Assembly (NCBI RefSeq): GCF_047030795.1 | Contig: NZ_JBKYIC010000001.1 | DNA length: 64,000 bases | DNA from: Frisingicoccus sp. | GTDB taxonomy: Bacteria > Bacillota > Clostridia > Lachnospirales > Lachnospiraceae | Reading direction: 5' to 3' (one strand) | Shown: positions 37,796 to 48,243 of the stretch, piece after piece | Position numbering within the stretch: the stretch's first letter is position 1 | Layout of the letters: every line of letters starts with the position of its first letter | The notes under the pieces: generated by a model | Database searches by the model: none | What the model saw: only the letters and a program-made list of their open reading frames with translations | What the model was told of the DNA's origin: nothing | Position numbers and translations under genes: made by a program

Positions 37796-39303
37796 TTATC
37801 TGTTCCAAAATGTTGTCAATACATCTGTTAATTCCACCCATTTCTCATATTTATTTCTCCGTTCAATATCATATGACCCGCTTCCCGGCTGATGAATATC
37901 CGCTATATGTATACATTCATCGAAGGCCTGTGAATAAGATGTATACACTCCAGCTCCGACACCGGCAGCTATCGCAGCCCCATGGGCTCCGGTTTCATCA
38001 CATGCTACAATCTCTACAGGCACTTCCAAAATGCGGGCAAATAACTCGACCCACGCAGGACTTTTACCGATTCCTCCGGTCAACCTTACCTTCTCAATCC
38101 GAAATCCGGCTTTTTTAAAATAATCCATATGATATTTATGTATGAACACAATTCCCTCAGCGACAGAAGCTATCATATCTTCTATCGTTGTATTCAAATC
38201 TATTCCCACAAATCCGGCCTTCGCATTGGGATGAATGCTTGGCTGTGCAACAAATGGAAGATAATAAAGCTCAGGTGAAAACACATCTTTTGATATTATA
38301 TGATTCACCTTCTGATACAAATCTGACGCTTCATAAGTACCGCACCCCATAATGGAATTTCCACAGGTCTTATACAACCATTCCAGGTTATTGGCCGAAG
38401 CTCCGCTCCATGAACAATTCAAATATTTTCCCGGATCAATATAAAACATATTCGCTGAGGCGCCGGGAACAATGTTTTCTGAAGTCATCTGATTCACACA
38501 CCAACTGCCGGCAATCATATTTATAGTTCCTGATGCATCCGCACCGCTTCCAACAAAACAGGCCATATTGTCCATCATTCCGGCGGTCACCGGCGTTCCT
38601 TCACACAGACCGGTTTCCACCGAAGCAGCTTTACTGACGCCACCAACAATATCACTGCCTCTTTCCTTTAACCCAGGAAGACACCCAAACATTTCTTCAA
38701 TTCCATACATACGCATCAGCTTTTCCGAGTAATCTCCTGTCTGCATATCCAGAAGAGCCGAACCGCCCATACTATTTTTATTTCCGATACAGCATCCTGT
38801 CAAACGATATACAATATAACCGCCAAACAAAAGAATATGTCTTATATTCTTATAAATTTCCTGACGATATGTTTTATACCATCGAAGCAATATGGCAGGC
38901 TGTCCTCCCCACAGATCTCCCCCGGTCATACGTTGGATCACCGGACCAATATCACTGTTTTTAAGCTCATCTGCCAAAAGATTTGCCCGATAATCATTCG
39001 AATAAATTCCCGGTGCGATCAACTGCCCATTTTCGCCCAGAAAGATAATACCATTCCCGTAGGTTGAAATGCCAATTCCCCGTATCTGTTCTGCCGGAAT
39101 AGCTGAAGATGCCAAAAGCCTTCGTATACTCTGACTTATCCTTCTCCATAAATCTTCAGCATCATATTCTTCAAACCCTGTACCTGCCGGTTCCAGATGA
39201 ACACTTGGACAGGTTTCCATCCCGATTTTACATCCAGAACGATCAAATAAAACTATTTTTATACTTGTATTTCCCCCATCGATACCCAATAAATATTCAG
39301 ACA
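37796..39303 (-). CDS. FGGY-family carbohydrate kinase (LsrK-like / xylulokinase-like)
   Basis: 502 aa from the RBS-supported start (GGAGG..ATGTCTGAATATTTATTGGG). It carries the FGGY N- and C-domains (LLGIDGGNTSIK...). Confidence 0.8.
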
Positions 39304-39324
39304 TTGAACCTCCTTCCCATTCCC

Positions 39325-39364
39325 CTTTATATAAAAACGGACACTGCATCCAGGCAATGTCCGT
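39325..39364 (-). terminator. Intra-cluster rho-independent terminator/attenuator between the pfkB-like gene and the FGGY kinase gene
   Basis: ACGGACATTGCCTGGATGCAGTGTCCGT followed by TTTTTATAT on the minus strand. Confidence 0.55.
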
Positions 39365-39399
39365 TATATAAAAAGGAGAATTAAAAAATGAAAAATCTT

Positions 39400-40356
39400 C
39401 TATTTCATGTTCATGCAGGCTTCAATTTCACTCAGTTCTGGCATCACTGTCATCGCACCTTTTCTGGATGTTATTATAGCCGCCCCCACATTGGCATATT
39501 CTAAAATGTTTTTTAGGATATCCCGATTCAGATTTTCCATGCCGATATCCAGAACTTTACTCAGTGCGATTCCAAAAAAAGTATCTCCAGCTCCAGTTGT
39601 CTCAATTGTTTCCCATTGATGACAGGCTGCCACTTCAATCGACTCTTTTTTATAATAACATCGGCTTCCTTTGATTCCCATCGTCAGAAATATCAAGGGA
39701 ATTGAATAGATTGTCCTGAGTTTTAAAATTCCCAGTTCCAAATCCTTTTCCCCCGTAATCCACCGGAGTTCCGAGTCCGATATTTTTAAAATATCACACA
39801 TTTGAAGTCCATAGGTAATCTGCCTCCAGAGCAATTCCTCTGAATCCCATAGATTTTCCCGGATATTTGGATCAAAACTAATCTGCGCACCGTTCGCCTT
39901 TGCTATAGATACGGCCATCTTTGTCGCCTCTCGATTCTTTTCATGAGTCATCGACAATGTGCCAAAATGAAATAACCTTGTATTTTTAAGCAGCGACTGA
40001 TGTACATCAGAAAATTCAAGCATCATATCTGCTCCCGGATTTCTGTAAAAAGAAAAACATCGATCACCTTCTGGTGTTTTTGAAACAAAAGCAAGCGTTG
40101 TCGGCACCTTATCATCAAAGCAAAGATTTTCCACGCTGATCTGAGCCGACATTAAAGCATTCCGGAGCATTAAACCAAGAGGATCATTTCCCACTTTTCC
40201 GATAAAGGCTGTTTTCTTTCCCATTTTACCCATCATTGCCAGCAGATTACAGGGTGCACCACCCGGATTTGCACTATAGACAGCCGGACCGGATGCATCT
40301 GTTTCTTCCTGAATAAAGTCAACCAATAATTCACCAATAGCTACTGCATCATACAT
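39400..40356 (-). CDS. PfkB-family carbohydrate kinase (fructokinase-like)
   Basis: 318 aa with ribokinase/pfkB motifs (GGAPCN...; DTTGAGDTF). Confidence 0.8.
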   Translation of the reverse strand: MYDAVAIGELLVDFIQEETDASGPAVYSANPGGAPCNLLAMMGKMGKKTAFIGKVGNDPLGLMLRNALMSAQISVENLCFDDKVPTTLAFVSKTPEGDRCFSFYRNPGADMMLEFSDVHQSLLKNTRLFHFGTLSMTHEKNREATKMAVSIAKANGAQISFDPNIRENLWDSEELLWRQITYGLQMCDILKISDSELRWITGEKDLELGILKLRTIYSIPLIFLTMGIKGSRCYYKKESIEVAACHQWETIETTGAGDTFFGIALSKVLDIGMENLNRDILKNILEYANVGAAIITSRKGAMTVMPELSEIEACMNMK

Positions 40357-40357
40357 A

Positions 40358-41260
40358 TTATTTTACCTTCGTATCCAGATAAAATTCGTAGGCTTCATTA
40401 TCCGTATAACTTTCATGAATAACTTTAGCAACAGCCTTTGCCATAGCCTTCGGATCTTCTGCCTGGAAAATATTTCTTCCCATATCCACGCCGCGTGCAC
40501 CTTCACTGATTGCTCTATAGGCCAGAGTAAGTGCTTCTTTTGGCGGCAGCTGTTTTCCTCCTGCAACCACGATCGGCACTGGACAACCGGATGTTACTTT
40601 TTCAAAATCTTCACAGTAATAGGTTTTTACAATCTGTGCGCCTAATTCGGCCAGCACGCGTGTAGCCAGTGAAAAGAACTGAGGGCTTCTGGCCATTTGC
40701 TTACCGACAGCCACAACCCCAAGCGTAGGAATTCCATATTTAACACCAAGGTCAATTGTACGGCAAAGATTTGTAATCGTCTCTTTTTCATCTTCCGTTC
40801 CAAGGAAAGTCTGTACGGCCATCGCCGACGCATTCATTCGAATAACATCTTCAATATCCACACCGATTGTTTCAGATGTAACATCTTCTGAAAGTACCGT
40901 GCTGCCCGCCGAACATCTAAGGGCAATTGGTTTATTGAACATTGGAGGCAGGCATGTCCGAATTGCTCCTCGTGTTGCCATAACGACATCAATATCTTCC
41001 TGAAGCTCCGGAAGCAGAATGTCTAACCGTTCCAATCCTTTAGTTGCTCCTGAAATATAACCATGATCCACTGCAAGAATTAAGGCATTGCCGCTTTTGG
41101 GATTAAAAATCCGGGACATACGATCCTTCATTCCCCAACTCATGTTGTCCATTCCTTTAATGTGATAATTCGTTTTTCCAGGGGCTGTGTCCGTGTGAAA
41201 ATTTTTCGAAGGATCAATGCCCTCATGATTATTTGTTTTGATACCATCCATGTCTGCCAT
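40358..41260 (-). CDS. DeoC/FbaB (class I aldolase) family protein, LsrF-like (3-hydroxy-5-phosphonooxypentane-2,4-dione thiolase-like)
   Basis: About 300 aa from the RBS-supported ATG (AAAGGTGG..ATGGCAGACATGGAT). It has the class-I aldolase TIM-barrel fold. It sits next to an LsrACDB-like transporter and an FGGY kinase. Confidence 0.65.
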   Translation of the reverse strand: MADMDGIKTNNHEGIDPSKNFHTDTAPGKTNYHIKGMDNMSWGMKDRMSRIFNPKSGNALILAVDHGYISGATKGLERLDILLPELQEDIDVVMATRGAIRTCLPPMFNKPIALRCSAGSTVLSEDVTSETIGVDIEDVIRMNASAMAVQTFLGTEDEKETITNLCRTIDLGVKYGIPTLGVVAVGKQMARSPQFFSLATRVLAELGAQIVKTYYCEDFEKVTSGCPVPIVVAGGKQLPPKEALTLAYRAISEGARGVDMGRNIFQAEDPKAMAKAVAKVIHESYTDNEAYEFYLDTKVK

Positions 41261-41291
41261 AATGTAACCACCTTTCTTAATTATGTATTTA

Positions 41292-42278
41292 TTATTTTTT
41301 ATGGTCTGCAAGATAATTAATAATCATTACAAGGATTAAAACAAATCCCCAAATAAATGTTTTCTGATAACTACTGAATCTTAATATATTAAATCCACTG
41401 GAAAGAATCTGTAATGTGATAATGGATAAAACAATACCAACAACCTTCCCTTTTCCTCCAAAAGGACTGATGCCGCCAAGAATGGCAACGAGGAGACATT
41501 GCAAAATATAGGATGAACCGTAATCTGCCTTTGCCGACATGGCTCTGGAACACACAATAATGCCGGCCACAGCCGAAAGCATGCCGCTGATAACAAAGGT
41601 TAAAATGGTCACCCGTCCGTTATGAATTCCTGAAAATAACGATGCCTTACTGTTCGTACCAAGCATATACACATCCATGCCAAACTTTCGTTTCTGTAAT
41701 AATACACTCATCAACAGGATAATAATCAAGAACAAGATCATTATCAACGGAATTCCCAACACCTGAGCATTCCCTAAAACACCATAGGCACTGTCCATAC
41801 CGGTAACTGCCGAACCGTTGGTAATGATAATCGCTATACCCTGAAAAATCTGCATACTTCCCAAAGTCGCCAGCATCGCCGGAACACCAAGATAATGGAC
41901 GATTGCTCCATTAAGCACGCCGCACAACGCACCTATGATCAAAACAACGACATAAGATACAAGTACAGCCGCTGTGCCTCCCATAGAATCTGCAAGTCTC
42001 AAAACCAGTATCGATGAAATAATTCCGCAAAGATTACCAATACCGACAACCGATAAATCAATACCCCCAAGGAGCATGGCAAAAGTAACTGCCGTTGCAA
42101 ATATGCCGATTTCCGGCATCTGGGTCATCATCGAACTCAACATGGACATGCTCAGCATCGTGGACTTATTCGGAATGACAAATAAGATTACAAAGAAAAC
42201 AACAACCATTATGACCAGCAGACGAAATATCTCAGAATTTTCATTAATTATCTTTTTGAACTTTGTCTTTTTTACCAT
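41292..42278 (-). CDS. Sugar ABC transporter permease (LsrD/RbsC-like)
   Basis: 328-aa BPD_transp_2 permease. Confidence 0.8.
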   Translation of the reverse strand: MVKKTKFKKIINENSEIFRLLVIMVVVFFVILFVIPNKSTMLSMSMLSSMMTQMPEIGIFATAVTFAMLLGGIDLSVVGIGNLCGIISSILVLRLADSMGGTAAVLVSYVVVLIIGALCGVLNGAIVHYLGVPAMLATLGSMQIFQGIAIIITNGSAVTGMDSAYGVLGNAQVLGIPLIMILFLIIILLMSVLLQKRKFGMDVYMLGTNSKASLFSGIHNGRVTILTFVISGMLSAVAGIIVCSRAMSAKADYGSSYILQCLLVAILGGISPFGGKGKVVGIVLSIITLQILSSGFNILRFSSYQKTFIWGFVLILVMIINYLADHKK

Positions 42279-42293
42279 TATGATTTGTCCCCC

Positions 42294-43307
42294 TTATTCG
42301 TCATTTTCCAATACCGGAGCTATCTTTCTCTGATCTTTTAAAACCTGGTAGGACGATATTCCTGTACCGATCACAATGACAATTCCGATTACCAGTGTCT
42401 GCCACGTTGACGGAATACCTACCAAAATGAGACAACTCTTAACCATAGTGATCAAAAATAATCCCAGAAATGTACCAAGTACCGTCCCCCGTCCTCCACT
42501 GATTTTAGTACCACCAAGGACGACCATTGCAATAATTGTCATTTCACCGCCCATTAAGTCCGTAGGAATACAACAGCGTGTTTGAATGGAATGAGAAAGA
42601 CCAGCCAGTCCTGACACCAAACCTATGTAAGCATAAACAAATATAATAATTTTATTCACCGGGAAACCTACGCGCTCAGCGGCTATTCTGTCACCGCCAA
42701 TGGCATAAATCATTCGTCCCAACATCGTTTTGTTCAATATAAACCAGGTAAGAAGCATGATGACCAGCATAAAAATGAATGTTATCGGTATAATTGTTTG
42801 CGAGGCACCGGATGTTACCACCCACAACCGGAATTTTGAAACTTTCTCTAAAGGATCCACAAGTCGATTTACCTGTGAACCCCCAAGGACAGAAATCAAA
42901 AGGCCATAAAATGCGCTTGAGGTTCCTAATGTGACAACAAAAGCCGGAAGCTTAAACCTTGTAATCAAAAAACCATTAATTAATCCCAGGGCCAGTCCGA
43001 TTCCCATGGACATCATAAATAGTAAGATCACCGGGCCACTGTAATCTACAGACTGGGCAAATCGATTGGTTATATACATAGAACATACGGCAATAGCCGG
43101 AAAGGAAACGTCAATGCCGCCAATAATAATTCCAAGCATAATGGCATAGGCCATCATACCGTCAATTATGAGATTACGTATAATTCCGGCCAGATTCGAG
43201 GCCGTGAAGAACACCGGATTTTTAATGCCAATCAACAAAGCAATTAAAATAATAGTTAAAATCAGATAGGTTTCCTGCTTATTTTTTTTATAAAATCTTT
43301 TCATCAC
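42294..43307 (-). CDS. Sugar ABC transporter permease (LsrC/RbsC-like)
   Basis: 337-aa BPD_transp_2 permease. Confidence 0.8.
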   Translation of the reverse strand: MMKRFYKKNKQETYLILTIILIALLIGIKNPVFFTASNLAGIIRNLIIDGMMAYAIMLGIIIGGIDVSFPAIAVCSMYITNRFAQSVDYSGPVILLFMMSMGIGLALGLINGFLITRFKLPAFVVTLGTSSAFYGLLISVLGGSQVNRLVDPLEKVSKFRLWVVTSGASQTIIPITFIFMLVIMLLTWFILNKTMLGRMIYAIGGDRIAAERVGFPVNKIIIFVYAYIGLVSGLAGLSHSIQTRCCIPTDLMGGEMTIIAMVVLGGTKISGGRGTVLGTFLGLFLITMVKSCLILVGIPSTWQTLVIGIVIVIGTGISSYQVLKDQRKIAPVLENDE

Positions 43308-43315
43308 TTTTCCAC

Positions 43316-44806
43316 CTACCCTTCAACAAGCATGGCGCTTAACTGCTTGTCTGTCACATTCTGTGTTTCACAGGCATGGGTCATCCGTCCCCGATTCATG
43401 ACAAAAACTCTATTGCAATTCTGAAGCACCTCCGATATATCATCGGAAATAATGATAACTCCCATTCCATGTCCGGCCAATTTACGGGCATAAGCGTGGA
43501 TATCCGCTTTTGAACCTACATCGACACCAACTGTCGGGCTGTTCAAAATCAATATTTTCGGTTCGGTCTCAATCCATTTCGCAATGACCACCTTTTGCTG
43601 GTTCCCACCGGATAATGCCTGCACAGGCAATTCTCCTGAAGGTGTAACAATCTTCAATTCATCGATCCATTTGTTAACCTCTTCATCGATCTTTTTCTGG
43701 CTGATAAATCCATATTTATCAATCATCTTTCGATAGGATGAAACCATTACATTTTTTCCGATACTATGGGGCATAAACAGTCCTTCCGTCAACCGATCCT
43801 CCGGGACACAGGCAATACCATTTTTTATGGCATCCTGTACGCCTTTAAGTTCCGTTTTCTTTCCTTCTATGTACAGTTCACCTTCATATATAGGCACCAT
43901 ACCGAAGAGTGCCTTTGCCAGTTCAGAACGTCCTGAGCCCAAAAGTCCGGTAATACCGATAATCTCGCCGGCATACAATTCAAAACTTATATCTTTAAAA
44001 AGAGATTTTGAAGATATATTTTTTACTTCGAGTAAAAGATGCTCTTTTTTATCCGGCCCCGGGAATACGGAATTATCCAGCTTTCGTCCGGTCATATAAA
44101 AAATAAATTTTTCATTGTCAAAATCTTTCATGGCCCCGTCAATGACTTTCTTTCCATTCCGGATAATTGTCAGTTCATCTGCAATTTCAAAAACCTCTTC
44201 AAGCTTGTGACTTACAAAAAGAATCGATATTCCTTTTTTTTGAAGTTCCCGAACGATTTTAAATAGAGATGCCACTTCCTTTTTTGTCAGTGCCGTTGTT
44301 GGTTCATCCATGATCAGCAGTCTTGCATCATGAAGCAGGGCCCGGCAAATAGCCACCAACTGTTTATCCGCGACAGACAAATCGCCAAGACATGCATCCA
44401 AATCTATGTCAATGCCTACCAGAGACATTATTTTCCCGGCCTTTGTTCGGATGGAATTCCAGTCCACCAATTTCTTTTTTTCATATCTTTCTGATGTCAT
44501 TGCTATATTCTCTGCCACTGTTAAATTGGGAAAAATAGCAAAATCCTGATAAATAATCTGAATCCCGGCATCAATAGCCTGCTGCGGTGTCAGTCTGGAA
44601 AATTCTTTTCCATCAATCCTGATGGTTCCGCCATTTGGCACGTAGACACCTGCGATAATCTTAATAAGAGTTGATTTACCGCAGCCATTTTCACCGGCCA
44701 GGCAACGGGTTTCTCCTTCGTAAATCGTTAAATCTACATTCTGAAGTGCTTTGACACCGGCAAAATTTTTGGAAATTCCTTTTAATTCAATTAATGCCTT
44801 TTTCAT
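43316..44806 (-). CDS. Sugar ABC transporter ATP-binding protein with duplicated ATPase domains (LsrA/RbsA-like)
   Basis: 496 aa with two Walker A motifs (GENGCGKST; GLLGSGRSE) and two signature motifs. Confidence 0.85.
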   Translation of the reverse strand: MKKALIELKGISKNFAGVKALQNVDLTIYEGETRCLAGENGCGKSTLIKIIAGVYVPNGGTIRIDGKEFSRLTPQQAIDAGIQIIYQDFAIFPNLTVAENIAMTSERYEKKKLVDWNSIRTKAGKIMSLVGIDIDLDACLGDLSVADKQLVAICRALLHDARLLIMDEPTTALTKKEVASLFKIVRELQKKGISILFVSHKLEEVFEIADELTIIRNGKKVIDGAMKDFDNEKFIFYMTGRKLDNSVFPGPDKKEHLLLEVKNISSKSLFKDISFELYAGEIIGITGLLGSGRSELAKALFGMVPIYEGELYIEGKKTELKGVQDAIKNGIACVPEDRLTEGLFMPHSIGKNVMVSSYRKMIDKYGFISQKKIDEEVNKWIDELKIVTPSGELPVQALSGGNQQKVVIAKWIETEPKILILNSPTVGVDVGSKADIHAYARKLAGHGMGVIIISDDISEVLQNCNRVFVMNRGRMTHACETQNVTDKQLSAMLVEG

Positions 44807-44859
44807 AAAAATTTTCCTTTCAACGCATTCCGCTGTACTTTTTCATACACCTGAATTGA

Positions 44860-44888
44860 CAGGTCCGGCAAATCTGCAGCCGGACCTG
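44860..44888. other. Perfect 10-bp stem-loop in the lsrB-lsrA intergenic region
   Basis: CAGGTCCGGC-aaatctgca-GCCGGACCTG with no clear U-run. It is probably a processing or stability element or a partial attenuator. Confidence 0.45.
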
Positions 44889-44903
44889 CCTGGATTTACC
44901 AGA

Positions 44904-45965
44904 TTAGAAATCATATTCACTCATATTATCTTTATCCACATCAATCCATGCGGAACCATTAATAATATTTCCGTTTACGGTAAGATTTTTATATCCATCC
45001 GGAGTTAAGCTGACACCGTCAGATATATCTTCACCATTTAATACTTTTACACAAAGTTCAGCCAACGCATATCCTGCATCTGCCGGATCCCAAAATGTAA
45101 TTTTATCAATCGCACCAGATTCCAAATACTGCTCTGCTGTAGATACAAGGCAAGTACCAACAACGTATGTACTGTCTTCAAGTCCCTGTTCTTCAATTGC
45201 TCTTGCCACACCCGGAACATCAGCCATCGCAGATCCGAGGAAACCTTTCACATCCGGATATGTCCGCAATATTTCCTGAGTTTTCTGATACGCCACTTCC
45301 GAATCTTCAGTTGTTTCATTCTTACTGGAAACTACTTTCATATTTGGATATTTTTCTTCCTGAAGAGCTACTTCCGCATCAATCCATTCATTGTGTGATG
45401 TGGCTGTCAATGCGCCAAGGAAAGTCGTATATTCTCCTTCTTCGCCCATCATCTCTGCCAGAAGTTCCATAAGATGCTGTCCATATTCTGCATTATTAAA
45501 TGCTTCTAAATCATAATCCGCATTTTTAACATCGGTTGCTTCATGAGTAACTACAACGATGCCTTTGTCCCTTGCCTTCTGAAGAACCGTTTCCACAGCT
45601 TCCGTAGAATTCGGAATAACGACCATAGCATCTACGCCCTGTGCAATCAAATCTTCAATAACAGCAACTTGTTCGGCTGGGTCCGCTGTATCTGCACCGG
45701 TAATATAAACATCCATTCCAGTGTCAGCAACAAACTGATCAATACCCACCTGCATACGGTCATACCATGCAATACCCGTAATCTTTACAACGATAGCCAC
45801 CGTATATTTCTCATCTGTATCCGCTGATGTTTTGGTTTCTGCAGTTGTTTCTTCGGTTGTCTCAGCAGTTGTTTCTGTTTTAGTTTCCTTACTTCCTGAA
45901 CTGCATCCGGCTAGTATTCCTGCCAGCATGCTGCATGCCAATAAAACACTCAACATTTTTTTCAT
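44904..45965 (-). CDS. Periplasmic-binding-protein type I substrate-binding lipoprotein, LsrB-like (autoinducer-2 binding protein family)
   Basis: Lipoprotein signal (LAGCSSG) and a PBP1 fold. The C-terminus ...DKDNMSEYDF parallels E. coli LsrB ...DNIDKYDF. A GGGAGG RBS precedes the ATG. Confidence 0.7.
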   Translation of the reverse strand: MKKMLSVLLACSMLAGILAGCSSGSKETKTETTAETTEETTAETKTSADTDEKYTVAIVVKITGIAWYDRMQVGIDQFVADTGMDVYITGADTADPAEQVAVIEDLIAQGVDAMVVIPNSTEAVETVLQKARDKGIVVVTHEATDVKNADYDLEAFNNAEYGQHLMELLAEMMGEEGEYTTFLGALTATSHNEWIDAEVALQEEKYPNMKVVSSKNETTEDSEVAYQKTQEILRTYPDVKGFLGSAMADVPGVARAIEEQGLEDSTYVVGTCLVSTAEQYLESGAIDKITFWDPADAGYALAELCVKVLNGEDISDGVSLTPDGYKNLTVNGNIINGSAWIDVDKDNMSEYDF

Positions 45966-45994
45966 AGTAAAACCTCCCATATCCCATAAATCTA

Positions 45995-46540
45995 TTATTC
46001 TTCATCTTCATAAGGAAAAATACGAGTCATTCCCTCCGGCACTTCAATAAACGGGCAGTTTCCAAGCTCGTAAATAAATCCTACATACGGTTCTGCATTC
46101 ATATAGGCATGAATATCGGTAAAAAACTTTCCTGTCGACATGATTGGAACACCATTGTCTTCAAATTCATACATAACATCTTCCAACTTTTCATCAGCTA
46201 TCTTTTCTTTAATATGATGAAGCCCCGGGCCATGCCGATCCAACCAATCCTGATAAATTGTCGGTCCTTTTACCGGCTGAATAACCTCAATTTCAAAATC
46301 ACCGACCATGGTTATGGCAATTCGCATTTCCCATGGCTCTTCTACTTTCTTTCCTCCTCTTTTTCCATGTTCCAGATACATCCAGTCCATGTTTTCATTG
46401 TTAAAGCTTCTCACTTTCCACGGACCGATTTTCAAGCGATCCACCCATTGCTGAAGCGTAGCTTCCAAATTATCTGTAATTGCACATATCTGCCAGATTT
46501 TCCGGTTTTTATTGTACGCCTCAAGTTCTTTGTTCGTCAT
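45995..46540 (-). CDS. VOC/glyoxalase-fold protein (possible LsrG-analogous isomerase?)
   Basis: 181 aa with a glyoxalase-like beta-alpha-beta-beta-beta element (MRIAITMVGDFEIEVIQP). It lies 14 nt upstream of the lsrB-like gene. Confidence 0.5.
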   Translation of the reverse strand: MTNKELEAYNKNRKIWQICAITDNLEATLQQWVDRLKIGPWKVRSFNNENMDWMYLEHGKRGGKKVEEPWEMRIAITMVGDFEIEVIQPVKGPTIYQDWLDRHGPGLHHIKEKIADEKLEDVMYEFEDNGVPIMSTGKFFTDIHAYMNAEPYVGFIYELGNCPFIEVPEGMTRIFPYEDEE

Positions 46541-46569
46541 TGTCTCTCTACCTCCTGTTAAATATTTAT

Positions 46570-47568
46570 TTACATCTTAAAATAAGGTGTCTTACATGGT
46601 GCATTCCAGTAATTCAGCAATTCATCATCCATCCTTACCATGCACATCTGGAAACCAGCCTGTTCCTGCACAGTTAACAATTCACCTACGTGACTGCCAA
46701 CGATCTCAATTCCTTTTTCTTCAAGATATTGTTTACAACGCCGGAATACAATCAACTGTTCCATCAGTGTCGTTGCTCCTGAACCATTAATAAGCAATAG
46801 TATCTTTTCACCCGGTTGAAGCTGCAGATCCTGAATCAGCGCATCTACCATAATTTCCGCAGTTTCATTGGCCGTCTTTACCTTAGTTCGTCCACCACCG
46901 CCTTCGCCGTGCTATCCCATGCCGATTTCCATTTCATCTTCCGACAATGTTGCCAGTTCGGCACCAGTGATCGGATGAGTTGCACCTCTGAGCGCCACGG
47001 CCAGCGTTGCCATATTATCCGCAACCTTCTGGGCAATTTCCGCGACCTCTTCTACATTTTTTCCGTCTGCAGCCGCTGCACCGGCGATTTTATATACAGG
47101 AACGCATCCGACTAATCCCCGGCGATTACCTGCATCACTTCTTGGGACACTGGAAATATCTTCCTGAGTAACAACTTTGATGACCTGAATGCCATCTTTG
47201 CGAATCATTTTCATAGCCATATTTCCCGAAAGCATGTCACCTGCATGATTTAATACAATATAAACAACACCCTTGCCTTTGTCCGCTCTTCTCAGTGCAT
47301 CCGCACAAATCTGAGGTCCCGGTGCGGCAAAAATATCGCCGATCACACCAATATCGACCATTCCTTCGCCGACAAACCCGGAACAACATGGTTCATGCCC
47401 TGAGCCTCCCATCGTAACAATGGTTACCCGATCTGCCTCATCGAGCTTCCTGTTGATGACCATGTGATTTTCTTCCACCTGCAAATATTCACCATTTGCC
47501 ATCGCAAGTCCTTCAAGTAATTCCTCTGTAAGATTTTCCGGTTCATTAATGAACTTTTTCATTTTCAT
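46570..47568 (-). pseudogene. dhaK: Dihydroxyacetone kinase subunit DhaK interrupted by an in-frame TAG (amber) codon at 46912-46914
   Basis: The N-terminal part ends ...EMEIGMG, then TAG sits where the conserved Ile of the GMGIHGEPG motif is expected, and the same frame continues HGEGGGGRTKVK...MVDALIQ... to a normal end. The two ORFs (46912..47601 and 46570..46851) are in the same frame. Confidence 0.7.
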
Positions 47569-47581
47569 AATTGAAGCCTCC

Positions 47582-48217
47582 TCATACCATGTAGCCTTCA
47601 TACAGGCCTTTAAATAAATACATCATTCCCACTGCTCCTGCGTCCGGGAATCCCAAAGTCTGTTCTCCATAGGATTTTGCTCTTCCAAATTTAGCCACAT
47701 AATTTTCAGTGGCCTTCATTCCAGCCTCTGCGCCATTGGCAGCCGCTCTCAAAACCTCTTCTACATTTTTCGATTGAATTTTTCCAATATAGTCTCCGGC
47801 AAGAATGAGAGCATCCATCATGGTCTTATCTCCGACTCCGGCATTTGAAATCGTTTTCATTTCCCGAATTCCAGCCTCAATCATATCTTTTACCAAATCG
47901 CCATCTAATATGTTTTTATTTTTTACCCCTTGTCCAAAGCCCTGAAAAAGCGTTCCCCACAGCGGGCCCGCCGATCCTCCGTTGACATTCATGATTTCAA
48001 TACCAAGATTATCCAGAAAATCCCCCATATTCTCATCTGTCCAGTTATCCGTTTCTTTTCGTATACAATCTGCGATCCGATTAACCGTGATGCCGTGATC
48101 CCCGTCGCCAAATTTTGAATCAATATCAGACAGTAAATCCGTGTGCTGCTTTAATAAATCAGCGGTATAAATCAGCATTTTTTGTAATCTGTTTTTTGTA
48201 ATTTCTTTCTCACACAT
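47582..48217 (-). CDS. dhaL: Dihydroxyacetone kinase subunit DhaL (DAK2 domain)
   Basis: DAK2 domain motif DGDHG. The start was set at the RBS-supported ATG (AGGAG-N8-ATGTGTGAG) to avoid overlap with the upstream oxidoreductase gene. Confidence 0.8.
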   Translation of the reverse strand: MCEKEITKNRLQKMLIYTADLLKQHTDLLSDIDSKFGDGDHGITVNRIADCIRKETDNWTDENMGDFLDNLGIEIMNVNGGSAGPLWGTLFQGFGQGVKNKNILDGDLVKDMIEAGIREMKTISNAGVGDKTMMDALILAGDYIGKIQSKNVEEVLRAAANGAEAGMKATENYVAKFGRAKSYGEQTLGFPDAGAVGMMYLFKGLYEGYMV

Positions 48218-48243
48218 TTTTCCACTCCTGTCGTCAAATCCAA

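Noticed and set aside
46912-46914. Programmed read-through or alternative genetic code at the dhaK in-frame TAG
   Set aside because: TAG clearly terminates the nearby TIR-domain gene. No Pyl machinery or recoding signal is evident. A mutation or sequencing error is more parsimonious.
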